Numbered from the stretch's first letter, positions 1-11,215 are shown. The stretch is 64,000 bases of DNA from an uncultured Desulfobacter sp. (GCA_963665095.1 OY762069.1:1664001-1728000), one strand, 5' to 3'. A program made the numbers and translations. Notes: generated from the letters alone by a model not told the origin.

Positions 1-1
1 C

Positions 2-175
2 GATATTATTATGGAGCCTCTTGACACCAAACCCATGGATGTTGAAGACGCCGTCATTGAACTGGAATCGGGCAAAAAGTCATTTTACACGTTCATGAAT
101 GCCCGTACAAAACAGGTCAATGTTATTTATAAACATACAAACGGGAAACTTGGACTGATTGCCCCCCAAGGATAG
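2..175 (+). CDS. hpf: Ribosome hibernation promoting factor (long HPF), C-terminal part; 5'-truncated by window edge
   Basis: Frame 2 reads ...KPMDVEDAVIELESGKKSFYTFMNARTKQVNVIYKHTNGKLGLIAPQG*, typical of the long-HPF C-terminal domain; lies upstream of ptsN-rapZ as in rpoN operons. Confidence 0.85.
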   Translation, partial: DIIMEPLDTKPMDVEDAVIELESGKKSFYTFMNARTKQVNVIYKHTNGKLGLIAPQG

Positions 176-185
176 AGTCGGACCT

Positions 186-644
186 ATGAAAATCAGTGAC
201 ATTCTTAAGCTGGACGCCATTATATCAGACCTGAAAGCCGACAATAAACCAGACGCCATTAAGGAACTTGCGGCGGCCATGGCCCCTGTGGCCGGAGCTG
301 AAGCAGAAGAGATCACATCGGTTCTGATGGAACGTGAGTCTTTAGGCTCAACAGGCATCGGTGGCGGCATTGCCATTCCCCACGGCAAGCTTGATACTGT
401 GGCATCAGTGACGGTGGGATTCGGACGCAGCCTTGCCGGTATAGATTATGAGTCACTGGACAACCGGCCGGTACACCTTTTTTTTGTACTCTTAACCCCT
501 GAAAACTCAACTGGAGGCCACCTCAAGGTCCTGGCCCAGATCTCCAAACTTTTAAAAATGGAACAGTTTAAAGAGCGGCTAAGATCTGCAAAATCACAAG
601 AAGAGATTCATCAGATTGTTCTGGCCCAGGATGAAGAGTTCTAA
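186..644 (+). CDS. ptsN: PTS nitrogen-regulatory EIIA
   Basis: RESLGSTGIGGGIAIPHGK phospho-His motif; ATG at 186 preferred over the TTG at 159. Confidence 0.9.
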   Translation: MKISDILKLDAIISDLKADNKPDAIKELAAAMAPVAGAEAEEITSVLMERESLGSTGIGGGIAIPHGKLDTVASVTVGFGRSLAGIDYESLDNRPVHLFFVLLTPENSTGGHLKVLAQISKLLKMEQFKERLRSAKSQEEIHQIVLAQDEEF

Positions 645-646
645 CC

Positions 647-1528
647 ATGAAAAACCAGAAAGTCTATATTATCACAGGGATTTCAGGATCCGGAAAAACC
701 ACTGTGATCCAGGCATTTGAAGATGCATCTTTTTACTGCATTGACAACATGCCCATGGAGCTGGTTCCCAAGGTGCTTGAGCTGCCTATAGGGGATCATC
801 CTGACGTCCTGGGGGCCGCCTTTGTGATGGACATGCGATCCAAGACTTTCATCAAGACCTTTGTTTCCGGCCTCTCGGCTCTGCAAGAGATGGACATCAC
901 GCCTGAAATTATCTTTCTTGAAGCAAGTACAGACACCCTTGTCAAACGCTTCAGCCAGACCCGAAGACACCATCCTCTGAACGACGGAAAAAATCTTCTT
1001 GACAGTATCCTGGCTGAAAAAAAGAGTATGGCTGCCATCCGGAAGCTCGCCCATCACATCATCGACACCACGGACACCAACGTCCACAAGCTGAAATCTA
1101 AAATTCTGGCACTTGTGGCGGAAGATACCGGCTCCACCAGCCTGATGAAACTCAATATTCTCTCCTTTGGATATAAATACGGCATTCCAGTGGATGCCGA
1201 CATTGTCATGGACCTAAGGTTTCTACCAAATCCCTATTTTGTACCGGAACTTAAAAACCAGGATGGGGAATCCGACGGGGTAAGGACCTTTGTCATGGAT
1301 AATCTGGAAACGCAGAACTTTTTAAAAAAATATAACGATTTTATTGACTACCTCATTCCTTTGTATCAAAAAGAAAATAAGGCATATCTTACACTTGCCT
1401 TAGGTTGTACCGGCGGCCGCCACAGAAGTGTTGCCATTTCCCGGGCCGTATTTGAACGACTGGTAAAAATGGGCCTGAATCCAACCTTGCTGCACAGGGA
1501 TATTGACAGGGACACAAAAGAATTATGA
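647..1528 (+). CDS. rapZ: RNase adapter RapZ (P-loop protein)
   Basis: GISGSGKT Walker A; ETRRxHP-like SQTRRHHPL; SFGYKYG; GCTGGRHRSV. Confidence 0.95.
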   Translation: MKNQKVYIITGISGSGKTTVIQAFEDASFYCIDNMPMELVPKVLELPIGDHPDVLGAAFVMDMRSKTFIKTFVSGLSALQEMDITPEIIFLEASTDTLVKRFSQTRRHHPLNDGKNLLDSILAEKKSMAAIRKLAHHIIDTTDTNVHKLKSKILALVAEDTGSTSLMKLNILSFGYKYGIPVDADIVMDLRFLPNPYFVPELKNQDGESDGVRTFVMDNLETQNFLKKYNDFIDYLIPLYQKENKAYLTLALGCTGGRHRSVAISRAVFERLVKMGLNPTLLHRDIDRDTKEL

Positions 1529-1944
1529 CAGGCATTTTACTCGTCACCCATGCAAATCTGGGTGCAGCACTGATTGAAACGTGCGAATTCATTCTGGGGT
1601 CAGAACAGGAACATCTGGCTGCCATATCCATTGATATCAAACAGGATCCTGAAAGTTTACGAAATAAAATTAAACAGGGTATTAAAAAAGTTTACTGTGA
1701 ACAAGGGGTTATTATTTTAACCGATATGTTCGGCGGCACACCGTCAAACTTAGCCTATGCCTTCCTTGAAGAGGGCAAGGTAGAGGTCATTTCCGGTGTT
1801 AATCTGCCCATTCTGCTCAAGGCGGTTACCAGCCGGAAGAAGTTGGAAATTAAAAAATTAACAGCCGCCCTGATTGAACATGGGAAAAAAAGTATTTCCC
1901 TTGCAAGCGATATTCTGAAGGGGACCAGCCGGTCTTTATCCTAA
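1525..1944 (+). CDS. PTS EIIA component, mannose/fructose type
   Basis: LVTH, LTDMFGGTPSN and GVNLP motifs. Confidence 0.9.
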   Translation: MTGILLVTHANLGAALIETCEFILGSEQEHLAAISIDIKQDPESLRNKIKQGIKKVYCEQGVIILTDMFGGTPSNLAYAFLEEGKVEVISGVNLPILLKAVTSRKKLEIKKLTAALIEHGKKSISLASDILKGTSRSLS

Positions 1945-1995
1945 CCAACGCTTTGCGTCCTATCTTTGCCGGCGTAAAGCATTCATATATTTTAG

Positions 1996-3015
<1,020 letters not shown>

Positions 3016-3040
3016 CACGCTCGCGTAACGGAGGTGTAAA

Positions 3041-3796
3041 ATGACCAGAACCCCATTAATTGCAGGCAACTGGAAGATGTACAAAACCGGCACCAAGGCG
3101 GTTGAAACTGCCAGGGAGCTGGCGGACTTAAGCCGGGGCGTTTCAGGTGTAGATATCATGATTGCACCCACAGCGCTCTCCTTGCCTTTGGTGGCCCAGG
3201 CTTTGGGCAAAGGGTCCCACATCGGCTTAGGTGCCCAGAACATCTATCCGGGAACGGAAGGCGCGTTCACGGGTGAGGTGTCCGGACAGATGATCCGGGA
3301 TGCCGGTGCCGACTATGTCATTATCGGGCATTCGGAACGCCGGCAGTATTTTGGCGAAACCAATGAAAGCGTTGGGCTTAAAATCAGGGCAGCCATTGAT
3401 GAAGATCTGATTCCGGTGATGTGTATCGGTGAGACCGAAAGCGAAAGGGAAGCGGAAAAAACCTTTTTTGTGCTTGACAAACAGATCACAGATGGGTTAA
3501 AAGGCTTTGGTCTTGAGGATCTTGAGACTCTGGTTCTGGCGTATGAGCCTGTATGGGCCATAGGCACCGGTAAAACCGCTGGACCTGAGCAGGTTAAGGA
3601 AGTGCATGAATATTTAAGGAGCCTGCTCAAGGAGAAATTTTCAGAAAGCCTGGCGGCAAAAGTGAGAATCCTTTACGGAGGATCTGTCAAACCGGCAAAC
3701 ATCAAAGATCTCATGCAGATTGAAGATGTTGACGGTGCCTTGGTTGGTGGAGCCAGCCTGAAGCCGGAAGATTTTAACAAAATTATCAGATTTTAA
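3041..3796 (+). CDS. tpiA: Triosephosphate isomerase
   Basis: AGNWKM, IIGHSERR, AYEPVWAIGTG, YGGSV. Confidence 0.98.
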   Translation: MTRTPLIAGNWKMYKTGTKAVETARELADLSRGVSGVDIMIAPTALSLPLVAQALGKGSHIGLGAQNIYPGTEGAFTGEVSGQMIRDAGADYVIIGHSERRQYFGETNESVGLKIRAAIDEDLIPVMCIGETESEREAEKTFFVLDKQITDGLKGFGLEDLETLVLAYEPVWAIGTGKTAGPEQVKEVHEYLRSLLKEKFSESLAAKVRILYGGSVKPANIKDLMQIEDVDGALVGGASLKPEDFNKIIRF

Positions 3797-3801
3797 TAAC
3801 T

Positions 3802-4086
3802 ATGAGTATTCTAATAGCTTTACATGTTGCGGTTTGCATATTCTTGATACTGGTGGTACTTCTGCAGACCGGCAAGGGTGCTGAGATGGGTGTATCAATG
3901 GGTGGTGGAGGCAGTCAGGCACTTTTTGGAGCCGCCGGCCCTGCAAACATCCTGACAAAGATCACCACAGGTGTGGCAATTATATTTATGATCACCTCCC
4001 TGACCCTGGCCTATATGTCCGGGCACCAGTCAGAGTCCAGTGTCATGAGTGGCATACCCGCACCTGTTGAACAGCAGAGCGAATAA
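3802..4086 (+). CDS. secG: Preprotein translocase subunit SecG
   Basis: Two TM segments with VLLQ.GKG; tpiA-secG-tRNA-Leu synteny. Confidence 0.93.
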   Translation: MSILIALHVAVCIFLILVVLLQTGKGAEMGVSMGGGGSQALFGAAGPANILTKITTGVAIIFMITSLTLAYMSGHQSESSVMSGIPAPVEQQSE

Positions 4087-4102
4087 AAATTTAGAAGCCT
4101 TT

Positions 4103-4187
4103 GCCGAAGTGGTGGAATAGGTAGACACGCACGCTTGAGGGGCGTGTGGGGAGACCCGTGGGAGTTCAAATCTCCCCTTCGGCACCA
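4103..4187 (+). tRNA. tRNA-Leu (anticodon GAG)
   Basis: GCCGAAG acceptor stem, anticodon arm CACGC-TTGAGGG-GCGTG, long variable arm, GTTCAAATC T-loop, encoded CCA. Confidence 0.95.
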
Positions 4188-4192
4188 TTCTT

Positions 4193-4224
4193 AAAAGCCG
4201 CGGCATTTACCGCGGCTTTTTTTT
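4193..4224 (+). terminator. Rho-independent terminator
   Basis: AAAAGCCGCGG-loop-CCGCGGCTTTT followed by a T-run. Confidence 0.85.
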
Positions 4225-4234
4225 ATTCAGGGGC

Positions 4235-4426
4235 ATGGTTATGAATGAGGACAACAGGAGGAATTGTTATCAGTGTCGTTTTTTCTATGTCACCTGGGAT
4301 CCCGCCCATCCCAACGGGTGCAAGGCTCTGGGATTTAAAACAAAGCAGCTCCCAAGTATTACTGTGTTTCAATCCTCCGGGAAGCCCTGCCAGTATTTTG
4401 AAGAAAAAAAGAAGCCGGCGAAGTGA
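4235..4426 (+). CDS. Small Cys-rich conserved hypothetical protein (putative metal-binding)
   Basis: 63 aa with CxxC...HxxxC...C pattern. Confidence 0.65.
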   Translation: MVMNEDNRRNCYQCRFFYVTWDPAHPNGCKALGFKTKQLPSITVFQSSGKPCQYFEEKKKPAK

Positions 4427-4469
4427 TGCGCCTTGAATTCTGACCAAGGCGAACTTATTATACCCTATT

Positions 4470-6215
4470 ATGAGTTACGAACTTGATATGACAGGGCCAG
4501 ACCCTAAAAAAATTGAAAAAGAGCTTGGAGAGTTTCTTAACAAAAAATTCGGCGGTAATGTTAAGATATTGACTCCTTCCATTCAGCCCCAACAGGAAAT
4601 TGTAACGGGCTCAACCCCAGACAGCGGCAAAAAAAAGCTGATTGATTTTAACATCAAGCCTTCCGAACTGATAAGCTACCTTGACCAGTATGTTGTCCGA
4701 CAGGACAAGGCAAAATCTGTTCTGGCCACAAAGATCTGCACCCATTTTAACCGGATCCGGCACCAGGAAACTCTGACTACCGAACCATTTAAAATTACCG
4801 GTAACATTAAAAGTAATATTCTGATGCTCGGTCCCACAGGCATTGGTAAAACCTATCTGATCAAGCTCATTGCCAGGAAAATAGGTGTACCCTTTGTCAA
4901 GGCAGATGCCACCAAATTCTCTGAAACCGGATATGTGGGCGGGGATGTGGAGGACCTGATCAGAGACCTGGTTAAAGAGGCCAAGGATGATATTGAACTG
5001 GCAGAATGCGGTATCGTCTATATTGATGAAATTGACAAAATTGCGGCCAGTCCCAATGTCATCGGTGCTCAGATTTCCCGGACCGGGGTTCAACGTGCTC
5101 TTCTCAAGCCCATGGAAGAGACAGACGTTGACCTGAAGGTACCCCATGATCCTGTCTCAATGATGCAGGAACTTGAGATGTTTCAGCGCACAGGAAAGCG
5201 ATCAGCCCGACGGGTAAATACGGCCAATATTTTGTTTATTCTGTCCGGTGCGTTTTCAGGGCTGACAGATATTGTCAAAAAACGGCTAAGTAAACAGTCC
5301 ATCGGGTTTGGTGCCACCCTGCCACGTGCCAGAAAAGAGAACGAACTGCTCAAGTCCACGCGATCCGAAGACCTGGTTGAATATGGTTTTGAATCAGAAT
5401 TCATCGGCCGGGTGCCGGTGCGCTGTGTGCTGGATGAGCTCAGTGAAACAGATCTCTACGATATTTTAAAAATGCCCAACAATCCGGTAATTTTAAGCAA
5501 GCGACTGGATTTTAAATCCTACGGGATAGATGTGGTATTTACTGACGAGGCGCTCATGGAACTTGCCCGCCGTGCCCATCTTGAGAATACAGGTGCCCGG
5601 GGTCTGGTATCTGTGGTTGAAGAGACCATGCTGCCCTTTGAAGAAAAACTGCCCAGTGAATCCATACGGCACTTTGCTGTCACCAAACAGGTGGTCCATG
5701 CACCAGAGCAGATATTAAACGATCTGATCCAGGGAACTGACAAGGAAAAATACGAATCCACATACATTCAGGCCACAGCCCTTTTTACCGACTATATTAC
5801 CGATTATGTAAAAAGGAACTGGAAGACCTTTTCCATCCGCCATGGTCTGACATTGACAGAAATCCGCACCAAAATGGTGGCCCTATACTATACAAGTCAT
5901 GTCATGGAAGTAGAGGATGCCGTCCGGCAAATCAAAAAATTCCACGACCAGATCAAGGAAATTGAGGTGGAAATTTCCAAAAACTATGACCTGAATATTG
6001 CATTTGAAGAAGATGCCGCAGATTTCCTCATCCAACAGTTCATAGAACACAACGCCACCCCAGAAGAGATTATTTCCAAAATTCATACTGATTTTTATGA
6101 CGGGCTCAACCTGATCCGGGAAAAAACCGGAAAGGCCCGTTTCTTTTTAACAAAAAAAGCGCTTATCGACCATGAAAGCTACCTCAACGACCTTATCAGG
6201 GAAGAGATAAAATGA
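4470..6215 (+). CDS. ClpX/HslU-like AAA+ ATPase without N-terminal zinc finger, with C-terminal extension
   Basis: GPTGIGKT, DATKFSETGYVGGDVE, IDEIDKI, IGF loop, GARGL. Confidence 0.85.
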   Translation: MSYELDMTGPDPKKIEKELGEFLNKKFGGNVKILTPSIQPQQEIVTGSTPDSGKKKLIDFNIKPSELISYLDQYVVRQDKAKSVLATKICTHFNRIRHQETLTTEPFKITGNIKSNILMLGPTGIGKTYLIKLIARKIGVPFVKADATKFSETGYVGGDVEDLIRDLVKEAKDDIELAECGIVYIDEIDKIAASPNVIGAQISRTGVQRALLKPMEETDVDLKVPHDPVSMMQELEMFQRTGKRSARRVNTANILFILSGAFSGLTDIVKKRLSKQSIGFGATLPRARKENELLKSTRSEDLVEYGFESEFIGRVPVRCVLDELSETDLYDILKMPNNPVILSKRLDFKSYGIDVVFTDEALMELARRAHLENTGARGLVSVVEETMLPFEEKLPSESIRHFAVTKQVVHAPEQILNDLIQGTDKEKYESTYIQATALFTDYITDYVKRNWKTFSIRHGLTLTEIRTKMVALYYTSHVMEVEDAVRQIKKFHDQIKEIEVEISKNYDLNIAFEEDAADFLIQQFIEHNATPEEIISKIHTDFYDGLNLIREKTGKARFFLTKKALIDHESYLNDLIREEIK

Positions 6216-7402
6216 TTGGAATTTCAAAACTGTACTGTGCCACGGTGGAACCTTCGGATACGTTGAGATATTCAAGGCATTCAGGAAAACTGCCCTCCCA
6301 TTTGCTTCAATTCTCCATAGACAAAAAGCCGGTGGTAGTCTGGAACATGACCCGGCGCTGCAACCTGAAGTGTGTCCATTGTTATGCCCAGTCTGAAAAT
6401 ATTGCCTATGACAATGAACTGACCCATGAGCAGAGCCTTGCCATGCTGGATGATTTAGCACAATTTGGTGTTCCGGTCCTTCTTTTCTCCGGTGGAGAAC
6501 CGCTGATGCATCCGCGCCTTGTGGAATATGCCCAGTATGCGGTGTCCAAGGGTATGCGGGCTGTCATCTCCACCAACGGCACCCTGATCACCAAAGAAAA
6601 GGCCAAACAACTCAAGGAGGTCGGGCTATCATATGTTGGCATCAGTTTAGACGGCCTTGAGGCAACCCACGATATGTTCAGAGGCGTTCCTGGCGCCTAC
6701 AAAAAAGCCTTGCAGGCAGTGGACAACTGCCAGGAGGTTGGTATCAAAGTGGGGTTACGCTTCACCATAAACAAAAGAAATGTAAAAGACATCCCCGGTA
6801 TTTTTGATTTGCTGGAAGAAAAAAATATTCCCAGGGCCTGCTTCTATCACCTGGTTTATTCAGGCCGTGGCCAGGAGATTGCCAAGGAAGATCTAAGCCA
6901 TGAGGAGACCCGCAAGGTGCTGGATCTGATTATGGACCGGACCCGTGCCTTGCATGACCGCAACAAACCCAAAGAGATCCTCACGGTGGACAACCATGCA
7001 GACGGTCCCTACCTCTACCAGCGGCTGCTGAAAGAGGACCCTGAACGGGCCGCTGAAGTACTGGAACTGTTAGAAATGAACGAAGGCAACAACTCCGGCC
7101 GGGGCATCGGATGTATCTCCTGGGACGGAGAGGTGCATCCCGACCAGTTCTGGCGGGAGATCAGCTTCGGCAACATCAAGGATCTTCCGTTTTCAGAACT
7201 CTGGACTGACCCGGATAACGAATTCCTGATGAAGATGAAAGAAAAAAAGAAACATGTTAAGGGCAGATGTGCCCAGTGCCGGTGGCTGGATATCTGTGCA
7301 GGGAATTTCAGGGCCAGGGCTGAATCTGTAGCCAATGATCCCTGGGATTCAGATCCGGCCTGTTACCTTACTGATGAAGAGATCAAAAAGGAGAATGTAT
7401 AA
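6212..7402 (+). CDS. ahbC: Radical SAM 12,18-didecarboxysiroheme deacetylase (alternative heme pathway)
   Basis: MIGISKLYC N-terminus, CNLKCVHC, SPASM cysteines, adjacent to hemB and ahbD. Confidence 0.88.
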   Translation: MIGISKLYCATVEPSDTLRYSRHSGKLPSHLLQFSIDKKPVVVWNMTRRCNLKCVHCYAQSENIAYDNELTHEQSLAMLDDLAQFGVPVLLFSGGEPLMHPRLVEYAQYAVSKGMRAVISTNGTLITKEKAKQLKEVGLSYVGISLDGLEATHDMFRGVPGAYKKALQAVDNCQEVGIKVGLRFTINKRNVKDIPGIFDLLEEKNIPRACFYHLVYSGRGQEIAKEDLSHEETRKVLDLIMDRTRALHDRNKPKEILTVDNHADGPYLYQRLLKEDPERAAEVLELLEMNEGNNSGRGIGCISWDGEVHPDQFWREISFGNIKDLPFSELWTDPDNEFLMKMKEKKKHVKGRCAQCRWLDICAGNFRARAESVANDPWDSDPACYLTDEEIKKENV

Positions 7403-8379
7403 TGCTGTTTCCCGAATACAGAGGCAGGCGGTTGCGTGCCACAGACAATTTCAGACGGATGATACGGGAGACAAAACTTTCCAGGGATGACTTTGTGCTC
7501 CCCCTTTTTGCGGTTGAGGGTAAATCAGTTAAAAAACCTATTAACTCCATGCCCGGGCATTTTCAGCTCTCAGTGGATCACATTGTCACCAAGGCAAAGG
7601 AAGCCAGGGATGCAGGCATCCCTGGCATCATGCTCTTTGGTATCCCCGGCAAAAAAGACTGCCTGGCCACCCAGGCCTATGCCCCTGACGGAATTGTGCA
7701 AAAAGCCGTCACCGCTGTCAAAGAACAGGTGGAGGACCTTACCGTGATCACGGATGTCTGCCTGTGTGAATATACAGACCATGGCCACTGCGGTATGGTG
7801 ATGGATGACGGTACCATTGACAATGATTCCTCCCTGGACCTGATAGCAAAAACTGCTCTATCCCATGTGCAGGCCGGTGCCGACATGGTGGCCCCCTCCG
7901 ATATGATGGATGGTCGTGTGGCAGAGATCAGAGGGATTCTGGATGATGAAGGGTTCTCGAACATCCCCATCATGTCCTACGCGGTGAAATATGCCTCCTC
8001 TTTTTACGGACCTTTCAGGGAGGCTGCTGAATCTGCGCCCAAATTCGGGGACCGGAAAACCTATCAGATGGATCCTGCCAACTCCCTTGAAGCCATTCGG
8101 GAAGCCACTATGGACATTGAGGAAGGCGCGGACATCATCATGGTGAAACCGGCGTTGTCCTATCTGGATATTATCTACCGTGTCAGGGAGGAGATTGACC
8201 TGCCGGTTGCCGCATACAGTGTATCCGGAGAATATTCTCTTATCAAAGCCGCGGAAATGATGGGATGGGTGGACGGTAAAGCCATGGTGATGGAAACACT
8301 GTTATCCATCAAACGGGCTGGGGCCGACATTATCATGACCTATTCAGCCATTGAGGTGGCAAGGGAGTTGAACAGCTGA
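7402..8379 (+). CDS. hemB: Porphobilinogen synthase
   Basis: DVCLCEYTDHGHCG, APSDMMDGR, MVKPA. Confidence 0.97.
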   Translation: MLFPEYRGRRLRATDNFRRMIRETKLSRDDFVLPLFAVEGKSVKKPINSMPGHFQLSVDHIVTKAKEARDAGIPGIMLFGIPGKKDCLATQAYAPDGIVQKAVTAVKEQVEDLTVITDVCLCEYTDHGHCGMVMDDGTIDNDSSLDLIAKTALSHVQAGADMVAPSDMMDGRVAEIRGILDDEGFSNIPIMSYAVKYASSFYGPFREAAESAPKFGDRKTYQMDPANSLEAIREATMDIEEGADIIMVKPALSYLDIIYRVREEIDLPVAAYSVSGEYSLIKAAEMMGWVDGKAMVMETLLSIKRAGADIIMTYSAIEVARELNS

Positions 8380-9485
8380 TGGCGCATCCCCACGGACATT
8401 CTCCCCACGCGGCCGGTCATGGCGCTGCCAGCGGAAAAAACAACACATTGCGACTGGTGGCCTGGGAGACAACCCGCCGGTGTAATCTCACCTGCAAGCA
8501 TTGCCGGGCTGCTGCCGAAGACCATGTGTATGATAATGAACTGACCACTGAAGAGTCCTTTAAACTCCTGGACCAGATCCGGGAGGTGGGCAACCCCATT
8601 ATTATCCTCACCGGCGGAGAACCCCTGCTCAGGGATGATATTTTTGACATTGCCGCATATGGGGACAAAATTGGCCTTCGCATGGTTATGGCCCCCAATG
8701 GCACCCTGCTGAACGAAGAAAATGTGGCCCGTCTCAAGGCATCCGGCATCAAACGCATTTCCGTAAGCCTGGATGGTGCAACAGCGGCCTCCCACGATGC
8801 GTTCAGAGGCCTTGAAGGCGCCTTTGACAGGGCAGTAAACGGCATCAAAACAGCAAAATCCGCCGACCTGGAATTTCAGATCAATACCGTTATCACCAAA
8901 ACCAACCTGGATGAAATTCCTGCTATTCTGGCTTTGGCTGAAGAATTAGGCGCTGCAGCCCACCATATTTTTCTTCTCGTACCCACAGGACGTGGCAAAT
9001 ACATTGTAGATACCGCCATTGATGCCAAAGAGTACGAAGAGACCCTGAACTGGTTTTATGACCAGCGGGAAAAAACCACTCTACAGCTCAAAGCCACCTG
9101 CGCGCCCCATTATTACCGCATCCTGCGGCAACGGGCCAAACAGGACGGCAAAAAAGTCAGCTTTGAAACCCATGGCCTGGATGCTGTCACCCGGGGATGT
9201 CTTGCCGGGACGGGATTCTGCTTTATTTCCCATGTGGGCCGGGTTCAGACCTGCGGATTTCTGGATGTCACCTGCGGGGATATCAGAACCGAGCATTTTA
9301 AGGATGTCTGGGAGAACTCAAAAGTGTTTAACGAACTTCGGGACTTCAACAATCTTGAACCCAAATGCGGCATCTGTGAATACAAGCAGGTTTGCGGCGG
9401 CTGCCGGGCCAGGGCTTACGAGGCAACGGGCAGTTATCTGGCACAGGAGCCGTTGTGTACCTACCAGCCTGCCCGGAATACCTGA
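8379..9485 (+). CDS. ahbD: Radical SAM heme b synthase
   Basis: WETTRRCNLTCKHCRA, CAPHYYRI, RGCLAG, CGGCRARAY; His-rich N-terminus. Confidence 0.88.
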   Translation: MAHPHGHSPHAAGHGAASGKNNTLRLVAWETTRRCNLTCKHCRAAAEDHVYDNELTTEESFKLLDQIREVGNPIIILTGGEPLLRDDIFDIAAYGDKIGLRMVMAPNGTLLNEENVARLKASGIKRISVSLDGATAASHDAFRGLEGAFDRAVNGIKTAKSADLEFQINTVITKTNLDEIPAILALAEELGAAAHHIFLLVPTGRGKYIVDTAIDAKEYEETLNWFYDQREKTTLQLKATCAPHYYRILRQRAKQDGKKVSFETHGLDAVTRGCLAGTGFCFISHVGRVQTCGFLDVTCGDIRTEHFKDVWENSKVFNELRDFNNLEPKCGICEYKQVCGGCRARAYEATGSYLAQEPLCTYQPARNT

Positions 9486-9529
9486 AACTCAGGCAAGGAA
9501 AGTTCCAGGAGTCATGTTTTTGATAAAAT

Positions 9530-9568
9530 AAAACCGGCCACAGGTCTATTGTACCTGGGGCCGGTTTT
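9530..9568 (+). terminator. Probable (possibly bidirectional) terminator
   Basis: AAAACCGGCC...GGCCGGTTTT inverted repeat after ahbD. Confidence 0.65.
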
Positions 9569-9667
9569 ACTGTTTTGCGACTCAACCTATTTGCCTGATT
9601 CACAATAGGTTTTATATTCTTTTCTTCGGCCGATTCGGCCTATTCATTTGGACATACAAATATTACC

Positions 9668-9862
9668 TTAGCTTGGATCATTCAACTCAACAAATTTTTT
9701 ACAGAATTCGTCCCACTGGGTTTCAGCAGAAAACGGGACACTTTCCTGGTAATAATCAAAATCATATTCAAGCTCCGCCTGCTCTTCAGGCCAGTAAATG
9801 CTCAAACCATGCGCATTATCATATTCTGAATAATTTAAATATATCTTTTCAACTTCTGACAA
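9668..9862 (-). pseudogene. C-terminal remnant of a clostripain-like (peptidase C11) protein
   Basis: NAHGLSIYWP...Y...F...TQWDEF resembles the C11-family C-terminus; the rest of the gene is absent and it abuts the porin terminator. Confidence 0.5.
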
Positions 9863-9893
9863 AACAGGGGATGTGATATCACACCCCCCAGTT
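9861..9893 (-). terminator. Terminator of porin gene
   Basis: Minus strand GGGGGGTGTGAT/ATCACATCCCC hairpin followed by TGTTTT. Confidence 0.7.
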
Positions 9894-9919
9894 CATCTTT
9901 AGATCAGCTTTTCAAAATA

Positions 9920-11215
9920 TTAGAAATAGATTGCAAAATAAGCACCTGCTTCCAGAGGATTCTCATCATTCTCACCGTCAGCAGAAACCGCATCACCTGC
10001 AAACAGGTAAGCAAAAACCACATCTACATACAGATAGTCAGGAATAATCTGGGTGGAGAGACGGGCATCAAACTCAATGCCAAGATCAGTTTCTCCGAAT
10101 GCATTGTCTTCAGCCAGTTCAGCTTTCCACAGATCCAGAATCAAACTGGTTTTTTCAGTAAAAGAAATAGTGGTACCCAAGTTAATTGCCCAAACATTTC
10201 CAATCTGGTCAGCGGAAGAACCGGAGGGCGTGTAGTTCATATCAAACCAGCCATAACCCAGAATTTCAGCCCAGTAGTAGCTCTGTCCACCATACCCGTC
10301 ACCATTTCCAACAGAAAAAGTATTATCCTCATCATCGGTGGCATCGTCATCACCAGTGGCATAAAAAGCCTGTCCATGAATTTCAAACTTGTCTATGGTG
10401 GTAGCTCCGCCAAAGGCGACCAGATAGGCAGAGAAATCGACATCAGCGCCAGCATTTGTTTCAGAGCCGCCTTTATAGATGCCGGTAAACCAGACGCTGG
10501 TGCTGTCTGAAAATGAGTGGTTAACATCTACGGACAAGTAATAAGAATCATGATCGTCCTTGGCAGTGGTTGTTGAATCAAGGTCTTCAGAGTGTGCCCA
10601 CATCAGCCCGGGCACAACAGTAGTCTTACCCATGGTGATGGTCGGGTACACGCCGTAGTAATCAAGATCAGGATCATCTAACTCGTCGTAGGTGTAGGAA
10701 CCACCGAAAGAACCTTCTCTAAGCTTGGCCCAGATAAAGTTTGTGCTGACATTCCCGGTTTTCAAGGTAACGTTGGCTGAATAAAAATCATCCCATAACA
10801 TAAAACCACGGGCTACCACCAGCTCCTGGGCACCCACTTTCCAATTGGTCGGACCCCAGTTAAAATCAGCATACAGGTGCTTAATCTCAAAAGCATCATC
10901 ATCTGTGCCGACATCAGCGTAGTCGTAAAAACCGCCAGCTTCATCATAATGCTCTCCCCAGGTCAGGTCTCCAACCTCTACGGCTGCATTAAGTTTGAGG
11001 TCCTCGGTGAGTTTGAGTTTATAAAAAAGCCGTGCCCGGGTGTCAATGGCGCGGTAATCGGTCCATTCCGCATCGTCATCTCCATCCCAGTCACTGTTAA
11101 TGTAGGCCCTGGTACGCCACTCACCACTGAACTCCTGGTCATATGCCCAGGCAGACCCAGCCAGCATTGTTACAGCAGCAATCATTGCCAATCCCGTGAA
11201 AAAAAATTTCTTCAT
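9920..11215 (-). CDS. Outer-membrane beta-barrel porin
   Basis: Signal peptide MKKFFF...SAWA, amphipathic strands, acidic loops, C-terminal Phe (AYFAIYF); GGAGG RBS before ATG 11215. Confidence 0.8.
   Translation of the reverse strand: MKKFFFTGLAMIAAVTMLAGSAWAYDQEFSGEWRTRAYINSDWDGDDDAEWTDYRAIDTRARLFYKLKLTEDLKLNAAVEVGDLTWGEHYDEAGGFYDYADVGTDDDAFEIKHLYADFNWGPTNWKVGAQELVVARGFMLWDDFYSANVTLKTGNVSTNFIWAKLREGSFGGSYTYDELDDPDLDYYGVYPTITMGKTTVVPGLMWAHSEDLDSTTTAKDDHDSYYLSVDVNHSFSDSTSVWFTGIYKGGSETNAGADVDFSAYLVAFGGATTIDKFEIHGQAFYATGDDDATDDEDNTFSVGNGDGYGGQSYYWAEILGYGWFDMNYTPSGSSADQIGNVWAINLGTTISFTEKTSLILDLWKAELAEDNAFGETDLGIEFDARLSTQIIPDYLYVDVVFAYLFAGDAVSADGENDENPLEAGAYFAIYF

Noticed and set aside
4235..4426. 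Uracil-DNA glycosylase label often given to such small proteins
   Set aside because: 63 aa with no UDG motifs.
9570..9670. att-site duplicate of a tRNA-Leu 3' end bounding the island
   Set aside because: Only a short CTTCGGC match; no integrase in the window.
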